From contig OZ059896.1 of assembly GCA_964057225.1 (NCBI GenBank), positions 19,840,001 through 19,904,000 of the forward strand: a stretch of 64,000 nt of DNA. Direction: 5' to 3'. The position numbers were made by a program, and so were the translations under genes. The notes beneath the pieces were generated by a model. The model was not told the origin of the DNA and ran no database searches. It saw only the letters and a program-made list of their open reading frames with translations. The stretch comes from Auanema rhodensis. Its lineage: Eukaryota > Animalia > Nematoda. Below, one piece after another: positions 1 to 10,179 of this stretch (within the stretch, counting starts at the first letter, position 1; every line of letters starts with the position of its first letter).

Positions 1-132
1 GACAAAAATTTTTTCGAAAAATTTCAAAATAATTTAGCAAAAAGTAGATGTTTTTAGATTCCTTTTTTCAAGGCAAAGACGATGGACAATGTTATTCAAC
101 GAAAAAATTAATTCTTCAGGGTGAAAATCGAG

Positions 133-154
133 GATATAAGTGTGAACTTATATC
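133..154. other. Perfect 9-bp inverted repeat with 4-nt loop (GATATAAGT-GTGA-ACTTATATC), present in most monomers
   Basis: 133-141 is the exact reverse complement of 146-154. Confidence 0.9.
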
Positions 155-167
155 AGTTGATATCTCG

Positions 168-237
168 GTGCATTTTTAAGCTAGCGCAAATCTCATAACA
201 CAGATCGACGCAGCTTAAAAATCCGCATCGAATGCAC
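168..237. other. Long imperfect inverted repeat in each monomer; core 11-bp arms ATTTTTAAGCT / AGCTTAAAAAT
   Basis: 172-182 pairs with 212-222; GCG 184-186 with CGC 209-211; GTGC 168-171 with GCAC 234-237. In copies with 194G, ATCTG 190-194 also pairs with CAGAT 201-205. Confidence 0.85.
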
Positions 238-305
238 TATACTACATTGAGAAACGCTTAATACAAAAATTAGTTATGATCGTTTGAAAAATGATGCATT
301 AGTGT

Positions 306-333
306 ATGTTGAGTTTCCATGTACACTCAACAT
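306..333. other. Perfect 9-bp inverted repeat with 10-nt loop (ATGTTGAGT-N10-ACTCAACAT)
   Basis: 306-314 is the exact reverse complement of 325-333. Confidence 0.9.
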
Positions 334-346
334 TGCTTCCAAAAAC

Positions 347-381
347 ATTTTGACAAAAATTTTTTCGAAAAATTTCAAAAT
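347..381. other. 35-bp A/T-tract quasi-palindrome centred on TTTTTCGAAAAA
   Basis: ATTTTGA-CAAAAAT-TTTTTCGAAAAA-TT-TCAAAAT: a 12-bp perfect core palindrome (361-372) plus 7-bp outer arms (347-353 / 375-381). Confidence 0.8.
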
Positions 382-3300
382 AATTTAGCAAAAAGTAGAT
401 GTTTTTAGATTCCTTTTTTCAAGGCAAAGACGATGGACAATGTTATTCAACAAAAAAATTAATTCTTCAGGGTGAAAATCGAGGATATAAGTGTGAACTT
501 ATATCAGTTGATATCTCGGTGCATTTTTAAGCTAGCGCACATCTGATAACAAACATCGACGCAGCTTAAAAATCCGCATCGAATGCACTATACTACATTG
601 AGAAACGCTTAATACAAAAATTAGTTATGATCGTTTGAAAAATGATGCATTAGTGTATGTTGAGTTTCCATGTACACTCAACATTGCTTCCAAAAACATT
701 TTGACAAAAATTTTTTCGAAAAATTTCTAAATAATTTAGCAAAAAGTAGATGTTTTTAGATTCCTTTTTTCAAGGCAAAAACGATGGACAATGTTATTCA
801 ACGAAAAAATTAATTCTTCAGGGTGAAAATCGAGGATATAAGTGTGAACTTATATCAGTTGATATCTCGGTGCATTTTCAAGCTAGCGCAAATCTGATAA
901 CACAGATCGACGCAGCTTAAAAATCCGCATCGAATGCACTATACTACATTGAGAAACGCTTAATACAAAAATTAGTTATGATCGTTTGAAAAATGATGCA
1001 TTAGTGTATGTTGAGTTTCCTTGTACACTCAACATTGCTTCCAAAAACATTTTGACAAAAATTTTTTCGAAAAATTTCAAAATAATTTAGCAAAAAGTAG
1101 ATGTTTTTAGATTCCTTTTTTCAAGGCAAAGACGATGGACATTGTTATTCAACGAAAAAATTAATTCTTCAGGGTGAAAATCGAGGATATAAGTGTGAAC
1201 TTATATCAGTTGATATCTCGGTGCATTTTTAAGCTAGCGCAAATCTGATAACACAGATCGACGCAGCTTAAAAATTCGCATCGAATGCACTATACTACAT
1301 TGAGAAACGCTTAATACAAAAATTAGTTATGATCGTTTGAAAAATGATGCATTAGTGTATGTTGAGTTTCCATGTACACTCAACATTGCTTCCAAAAACA
1401 TTTTGACAAAAATTTTTTCGAAAAATTTCAAAATAATTTAGCAAAAAGTAGATGTTTTTAGATTCCTTTTTTCAAGGCAAAGACGATGGACAATGTTATT
1501 CAATGAAAAAATTAATTCTTCAGGGTGAAAATCGAGGATATAAGTGTGAACTTATATCAGTTGATATCTCGGTGCATTTTTAAGCTAGCGCAAATCTCAT
1601 GACACAGATCGACGCAGCTTAAAAATCCGCATCGAATGCACTATACTACATTGAGAAACGCTTAATACAAAAATTAGTTATGATCGTTTGAAAAATGATG
1701 CATTAGTGTATGTTGAGTTTCCATGTACACTCAACATTGCTTCCAAAAACATTTTGACAAAAATTTTTTCGAAAAATTTCTAAATAATTTAGCAAAAAGT
1801 AGATGTTTTTAGATTCCTTTTTTCAAGGCAAAGACGATGGACAATGTTATTCAACGAAAAAATTAATTCTTCAGGGTGAAAATCGAGGATATAAGTGTGA
1901 ACTTATATCAGTTGATATCTCGGTGCATTTTCAAGCTAGCGCAAATCTGATAACACAGATCGACGCAGCTTAAAAATCCGCATCGAATGCACTATACTAC
2001 ATTGAGAAACGCTTAATACAAAAATTAGTTATGATCGTTTGAAAAATGATGCATTAGTGTATGTTGAGTTTCCATGTACACTCAACATTGCTTCCAAAAA
2101 CATTTTGACAAAAATTTTTTCGAAAAATTTCTAAATAATTTTGCAAAAAGTAGATGTTTTCAGATTCCTTTTTTCAAGGCAAAGACGATGGACAATGTTA
2201 TTCAACGAAAAAATTAATTCTTCAGGGTGAAAATCGAGGATATAAGTGTGAACTTATATCAGTTGATATCGCGGTGCATTTTTAAGCTAGCGCAAATCTC
2301 ATAACACAGATCGACGCAGCTTAAAAATCCGCATCGAATGCACTATACTACATTGAGAAACGCTTAATACAAAAATTAGTTATGATCGTTTGAAAAATGA
2401 TGCATTAGTGTATGTTGAGTTTCCATGTACACTCAACATTGCTTCCAAAAACATTTTGACAAAAATTTTTTCGAAAAATTTCAAAATAATTTAGCAAAAA
2501 GTAGATGTTTTTAGATTCCTTTTTTCAAGGCAAAGACGATGGACATTGTTATTCAACGAAAAAATTAATTCTTCAGGGTGAAAATCGAGGATATAAGTGT
2601 GAACTTATATCAGTTGATATCTCGGTGCATTTTTAAGCTAGCGCAAATCTGATAACACAGATCGACGCAGCTTAAAAATTCGCATCGAATGCACTATACT
2701 ACATTGAGAAACGCTTAATACAAAAATTAGTTATGATCGTTTGAAAAATGATGCATTAGTGTATGTTGAGTTTCCATGTACACTCAACATTGCTTCCAAA
2801 AACATTTTGACAAAAATTTTTTCGAAAAATTTCTAAATAATTTAGCAAAAAGTAGATGTTTTTAGATTCCTTTTTTCAAGGCAAAGACGATGGACAATGT
2901 TATTCAACGAAAAAATTAATTCTTCAGGGTGAAAATTGAGGATATAAGTGTGAACTTATATCAGTTGATATCTCGGTGCATTTTTAAGCTAGCGCAAATC
3001 TCATAACACAGATCGACGCAGCTTAAAAATCCGCATCGAATGCACTATACTACATTGAGAAACGCTTAATACAAAAATTAGTTATGATCGTTTGAAAAAT
3101 GATGCATTAGTGTATGTTGAGTTTCCATGTACTCTCAACATTGCTTCCAAAAACATTTTGACAAAAATTTTTTCGAAAAATTTCAAAATAATTTAGCAAA
3201 AAGTAGATGTTTTTAGATTCCTTTTTTCAAGGCAAAGACGATGGACAATGTTATTCAACGAAAAAATTAATTCTTCAGGGTGAAAATCGAGGATATAAGT

Positions 3301-6300
3301 GTAAACTTATATCAGTTGAGATCTCGGTGCACTTTTAAGCTAGCGCAAATCTGATAACACAGATCGACGCAGCTTAAAAATCCGCATCGAATGCACTATA
3401 CTACATTGAGAAACGCTTAATACAAAAATTAGTTATGATCGTTTGAAAAATGATGCATTAGTGTATGTTGAGTTTCCATGTACTCTCAACATTGCTTCCA
3501 AAAACATTTTGACAAAAATTTTTTCGAAAAATTTCAAAATAATTTAGCAAAAAGTAGATGTTTTTAGATTCCTTTTTTCAAGGCAAAGACGATGGACAAT
3601 GTTATTCAACGAAAAAATTAATTCTTCAGGGTGAAAATCGAGGATATAAGTGTAAACTTATATCAGTTGAGATCTCGGTGCACTTTTAAGCTAGCGCAAA
3701 TCTGATAACACAGATCGACGCAGCTTAAAAATCCGCATCGAATGCACTATACTACATTGAGAAACGCTTAATACAAGAATTGGTTATGATCGTTTGAAAA
3801 ATGATGCATTAGTGTATGTTGAGTTTCCATGTACACTCAACATTGCTTCCAAAAACATTTTGACAAAAATTTTTTCGAAAAATTTCGAAATAATTTAGCA
3901 AAAAGTAGATGTTTTTAGATTTCTTTTTTCAAGGCAAAGACGATGGACAATGTTATTCAACGAAAAAATTAATTCTTTAGGGTGAAAATCGAGGATATAA
4001 GTGTGAACTTATATCAGTTGATATCTCGGTGCATTTTTAAGCTAGCGCAAATCTGATAACACAGATCGACGCAGCTTAAAAATCCGCATCGAATGCACTA
4101 TACTACATTGAGAAACGCTTAATACAAAAATTAGTTATGATCGTTTGAAAAATGATGCATTAGTGTATGTTGAGTTTCCATGTACACTCAACATTGCTTC
4201 CAAAAACATTTTGACAAAAATTTTTTCGAAAAATTTCAAAATAATTTAGCAAAAAGTAGATGTTTTTAGATTCCTTTTTTCAAGGCAAAGACGATGGACA
4301 ATGTTATTCAACGAAAAAATTAATTGTTCAGGGTGAAAATCGAGGATATAAGTGTGAACTTATATCAGTTGATATCTCGGTGCATTTTTAAGCTAGCGCA
4401 AATCTGATAACACAGATCGACGCAGCTTAAAAATCCGCATCGAATGCACTATACTACATTGAGAAACGCTTAATACAAAAATTAGTTATGATCGTTTGAA
4501 AAATGATGCATTAGTGTATGTTGAGTTTCCATGTACACTCAACATTGCTTCCAAAAACATTTTGACAAAAATTTTTTCGAAAAATTTCAAAATAATTTAG
4601 CAAAAAGTAGATGTTTTTAGATTCCTTTTTTCAAGGCAAAGACGATGGACAATGTTATTCAACGAAAAAATTAATTGTTCAGGGTGAAAATCGAGGATAT
4701 AAGTGTGAACTTATATCAGTTGATATCTCGGTGCATTTTTAAGCTAGCGCAAATCTCATAACAAAGATCGACGCAGCTTAAAAATCCGCATCAAATGCAC
4801 TATACTACATTGAGAAACGCTTACTACAAAAATTAGTTATGATCGTTTGAAAAATGATGCATTAGTGTATGTTGAGTTTCCATGTACACTCAACATTGCT
4901 TTCAAAAACATTTTGACAAAAATTTTTTCGAAAAATTTCTAAATAATTTAGCAAAAAGTAGATGTTTTTAGATTCTTTTTTTCAAGGCAAAGACGATGGA
5001 CAATGTTATTCAACGAAAAAATTAATTGTTCAGGGTGAAAATCGAGGATATAAGTGTGAACTTATATCAGTTGATATCTCGGTGCATTTTTAAGCTAGCG
5101 CAAATCTCATAACACAGATCGACGCAGCTTAAAAATCCGCATCGAATGCACTATACTACATTGAGAAACGCTCAATACAAAAATTAGTTATGATCGTTTG
5201 AAAAATGATGCATTAGTGTATGTTGAGTTTCCATGCACACTCAACATTGCTTCCAAAAACATTTTGACAAAAATTTTTTCGAAAAATTTCAAAATAATTT
5301 AGCAAAAAGTAGATGTTTTTAGATTCCTTTTTTCAAGGCAAAGACGATGGACAATGTTATTCAACGAAAAAATTAATTCTTCAGGGTGAAAATCGAGGAT
5401 ATAAGTGTGAACTTATATCAGTTGATATCTCGGTGCATTTTTAAGCTAGCGCAAATCTCATAACACAGATCGACGCAGCTTAAAAATCCGCATCGAATGC
5501 ACTATACTACATTGAGAAACGCTTAATACAAAAATTAGTTATGATCGTTTGAAAAATGATGCATTAGTGTATGTTGAGTTTCCATGTACACTCAACATTG
5601 CTTCCAAAAACATTTTGACAAAAATTTTTTCGAAAAATTTCAAAATAATTTAGCAAAAAGTAGATGTTTTTAGATTCCTTTTTTCAAGGCAAAGACGATG
5701 GACAATGTTATTCAACGAAAAAATTAATTGTTCAGGGTGAAAATCGAGGATATAAGTGTGAACTTATATCAGTTGATGTCTCGGTGCACTTTTAAGCTAG
5801 CGCAAATCTGATAACACAGATCGACGCAGCTTAAAAATCCGCATCAAATGCACTATACTACATTGAGAAACGCTTACTACAAAAATTAGTTATGATCGTT
5901 TGAAAAATGATGCATTAGTGTATGTTGAGTTTCCATGTACACTCAACATTGCTTTCAAAAACATTTTGACAAAAATTTTTTCGAAAAATTTCTAAATAAT
6001 TTAGCAAAAAGTAGATGTTTTTAGATTCTTTTTTTCAAGGCAAAGACGATGGACAATGTTATTCAACAAAAAAATTAATTGTTCAGGGTGAAAATCGAGG
6101 ATATAAGTGTGAACTTATATCAGTTGATATCTCGGTGCATTTTTAAGCTAGCGCAAATCTGATAACACAGATCGACGCAGCTTAAAAATCCGCATCGAAT
6201 GCACTATACTACATTGAGAAACGCTCAATACAAAAATTAGTTATGATCGTTTGAAAAATGATGCATTAGTGTATGTTGAGTTTCCATGCACACTCAACAT

Positions 6301-7020
6301 TGCTTCCAAAAACATTTTGACAAAAATTTTTTCGAAAAATTTCAAAATAATTTAGCAAAAAGTAGATGTTTTTAGATTCCTTTTTTCAAGGCAAAGACGA
6401 TGGACATTGTTATTCAACGAAAAAATTAATTCTTCAGGGTGAAAATCGAGGATATAAGTGTGAACTTATATCAGTTGATATCTCGGTGCATTTTTAAGCT
6501 AGCGCAAATCTGATAACACAGATCGACGCAGCTTAAAAATCCGCATCGAATGCACTATACTACATTGAGAAACGCTTAATACAAAAATTAGTTATGATCG
6601 TTTGAAAAATAATGCATTAGTGTATGTTGAGTTTCCATGTACACTCAACATTGCTTCCAAAAACATTTTGACAAAAATTTTTTCGAAAAATTTCTAAATA
6701 ATTTAGCAAAAAGTAGATGTTTTTAGATTAATTTTTTCAAGGCAAAGACGATGGACAATGTTATTCAACGAAAAAATTAATTCTTCAGGGTGAAAATCGA
6801 GGATATAAGTGTGAACTTATATCAGTTGATATATCGGTGCATTTTTAAGCTAGCGCAAATCTGATAACACAGATCGACGCAGCTTAAAAATCCGCATCGA
6901 ATGCACTATACTACATTGAGAAACGCTTAATACAAAAATTAGTTATGATCGTTTGAAAAATGATGCATTAGTGTATGTTGAGTTTCCATGTACACTCAAC
7001 ATTGCTTCCAAAAACATTTT

Positions 7021-10000
7021 GACAAAAATTTTTTCGAAAAATTTCAAAATAATTTAGCAAAAAGTAGATGTTTTTAGATTCCTTTTTTCAAGGCAAAGAC
7101 GATGGACATTGTTATTCAACGAAAAAATTAATTCTTCAGGGTGAAAATCGAGGATATAAGTGTGAACTTATATCAGTTGATATCTCGGTGCATTTTTAAG
7201 CTAGCGCAAATCTGATAACACAGATAGACGCAGCTTAAAAATCCGCATCGAATGCACTATACTACATTGAGAAACGCTTAATACAAAAATTAGTTATGAT
7301 CGTTTGAAAAATGATGCATTAGTGTATGTTGAGTTTCCATGTACACTCAACATTGCTTCCAAAAACATTTTGACAAAAATTTTTTCGAAAAATTTCGAAA
7401 TAATTTAGCAAAAAGTAGATGTTTTTAGATTCCTTTTTTCAAAGCAAAGACGATGGACAATGTTATTCAACGAAAAAATTAATTCTTCAGGGTGAAAATC
7501 GAGGATATAAGTGTGAACTTATATCAGTTGATATCTCGGTGCATTTTTAAGCTAGCGCAAATCTCATAACACAGATCGACGCAGCTTAAAAATCCGCATC
7601 GAATGCACTATACTACATTGAGAAACGCTTAATACAAAAATTAGTTATGATCGTTTGAAAAATGATGCATTAGTGTATGTTGAGTTTCCATGTACACTCA
7701 ACATTGCTTCCAAAAACATTTTGACAAAAATTTTTTCGAAAAATTTCAAAATAATTTAGCAAAAAGTAGATGTTTTTAGATTCCTTTTTTCAAGGCAAAG
7801 ACGATGGACAATGTTATTCAACGAAAAAATTAATTCTTCAGGGTGAAAATCGAGGATATAAGTGTGAACTTATATCAGTTGATATCTCGGTGCATTTTTA
7901 AGCTAGCGCAAATCTGATAACACAGATAGACGCAGCTTAAAAATCCGCATCGAATGCACTATACTACATTGAGAAACGCTTAATACAAAAATTAGTTATG
8001 ATCGTTTGAAAAATGATGCATTAGTGTATGTTGAGTTTCCATGTACACTCAACATTGCTTCCAAAAACATTTTGACAAAAATTTTTTCGAAAAATTTCAA
8101 AATAATTTAGCAAAAAGTAGATGTTTTTAGATTCCTTTTTTCAAGGCAAAGACGATGGACATTGTTATTCAACGAAAAAATTAATTCTTCAGGGTGAAAA
8201 TCGAGGATATAAGTGTGAACTTATATCAGTTGATATCTCGGTGCATTTTTAAGCTAGCGCAAATCTGATAACACAGATAGACGCAGCTTAAAAATCCGCA
8301 TCGAATGCACTATACTACATTGAGAAACGCTTAATACAAAAATTAGTTATGATCGTTTGAAAAATGATGCATTAGTGTATGTTGAGTTTCCATGTACACT
8401 CAACATTGCTTCCAAAAACATTTTGACAAAAATTTTTTCGAAAAATTTCGAAATAATTTAGCAAAAAGTAGATGTTTTTAGATTCCTTTTTTCAAAGCAA
8501 AGACGATGGACAATGTTATTCAACGAAAAAATTAATTCTTCAGGGTGAAAATCGAGGATATAAGTGTGAACTTATATCAGTTGATATCTCGGTGCATTTT
8601 TAAGCTAGCGCAAATCTCATAACACAGATCGACGCAGCTTAAAAATCCGCATCGAATGCACTATACTACATTGAGAAACGCTTAATACAAAAATTAGTTA
8701 TGATCGTTTGAAAAATGATGCATTAGTGTATGTTGAGTTTCCATGTACACTCAACATTGCTTCCAAAAACATTTTGACAAAAATTTTTTCGAAAAATTTC
8801 AAAATAATTTAGCAAAAAGTAGATGTTTTTAGATTCCTTTTTTCAAGGCAAAGACGATGGACAATGTTATTCAACGAAAAAATTAATTCTTCAGGGTGAA
8901 AATCGAGGATATAAGTGTGAACTTATATCAGTTGATATCTCGGTGCATTTTTAAGCTAGCGCAAATCTGATAACACAGATCGACGCAGCTTAAAAATCCG
9001 CATCGAATGCACTATACTACATTGAGAAACGCTTAATACAAAAATTAGTTATGATCGTTTGAAAAATGATGCATTAGTGTATGTTGAGTTTCCATGTACA
9101 CTCAACATTGCTTCCAAAAACATTTTGACAAAAATTTTTTCGAAAAATTTCAAAATAATTTAGCAAAAAGTAGATGTTTTTAGATTCCTTTTTTCAAGGC
9201 AAAGACGATGGACATTGTTATTCAACGAAAAAATTAATTCTTCAGGGTGAAAATCGAGGATATAAGTGTGAACTTATATCAGTTGATATCTCGGTGCATT
9301 TTTAAGCTAGCGCAAATCTGATAACACAGATAGACGCAGCTTAAAAATCCGCATCGAATGCACTATACTACATTGAGAAACGCTTAATACAAAAATTAGT
9401 TATGATCGTTTGAAAAATGATGCATTAGTGTATGTTGAGTTTCCATGTACACTCAACATTGCTTCCAAAAACATTTTGACAAAAATTTTTTCGAAAAATT
9501 TCGAAATAATTTAGCAAAAAGTAGATGTTTTTAGATTCCTTTTTTCAAAGCAAAGACGATGGACAATGTTATTCAACGAAAAAATTAATTCTTCAGGGTG
9601 AAAATCGAGGATATAAGTGTGAACTTATATCAGTTGATATCTCGGTGCATTTTTAAGCTAGCGCAAATCTCATAACACAGATCGACGCAGCTTAAAAATC
9701 CGCATCGAATGCACTATACTACATTGAGAAACGCTTAATACAAAAATTAGTTATGATCGTTTGAAAAATGATGCATTAGTGTATGTTGAGTTTCCATGTA
9801 CACTCAACATTGCTTCCAAAAACATTTTGACAAAAATTTTTTCGAAAAATTTCAAAATAATTTAGCAAAAAGTAGATGTTTTTAGATTCCTTTTTTCAAG
9901 GCAAAGACGATGGACAATGTTATTCAACGAAAAAATTAATTCTTCAGGGTGAAAATCGAGGATATAAGTGTGAACTTATATCAGTTGATATCTCGGTGCA

Positions 10001-10179
10001 TTTTTAAGCTAGCGCAAATCTGATAACACAGATCGACGCAGCTTAAAAATCCGCATCGAATGCACTATACTACATTGAGAAACGCTTAATACAAAAATTA
10101 GTTATGATCGTTTGAAAAATAATGCATTAGTGTATGTTGAGTTTCCATGTACACTCAACATTGCTTCCAAAAACATTTT
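7021..10179. repeat. Local higher-order repeat: 3-mer (1053 bp) x3, M21-M29
   Basis: Cycle [89T+206A], [26G+72A+194C], [near consensus], starting at 7021, 8074 and 9127. Confidence 0.85.

Larger units (their letters stand above)
1..351. repeat. Representative monomer (arbitrary phase): 110/351 G+C, 12 CpG, many A4-6/T4-6 tracts
   Basis: Hand count on the first copy: C=54, G=56. It differs from the majority consensus only at pos 194 (C here, G in most copies). Confidence 0.97.

Noticed and set aside
88-104. CENP-B box-like motif on the minus strand (TTTCGTTGAATAACATT)
   Set aside because: It matches the 5' YTTCGTTG part but lacks the essential CGGG of YTTCGTTGGAARCGGGA.
133-237. Rho-independent terminators or promoters from the hairpins and TATA-like GATATAAG
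   Set aside because: There is no gene context, the stems are AT-rich without a properly placed U-tract, and such short motifs are expected by chance at 69% AT.
1-351. Tandem 5S rRNA, tRNA, snRNA or spliced-leader gene unit
   Set aside because: No recognisable 5S sequence, tRNA cloverleaf with A/B boxes, snRNA or spliced-leader sequence on either strand by eye. An Rfam/Infernal scan would be the formal test.
1-351. Assignment to a named satellite of similar length (e.g. Drosophila 1.688/359-bp, Tribolium TCAST, alpha-satellite dimer)
   Set aside because: Only length and AT content are similar. I recognise no diagnostic sequence and cannot run a search.
543-607. Hammerhead ribozyme as in newt, schistosome or cave-cricket satellites (CTGATAA ... 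GAAAC)
   Set aside because: The core requires CUGANGA. Here it is CTGATAA (C3 with A8, no compensating change), many copies have CTCATAA, and I could not build stems I-III around it.
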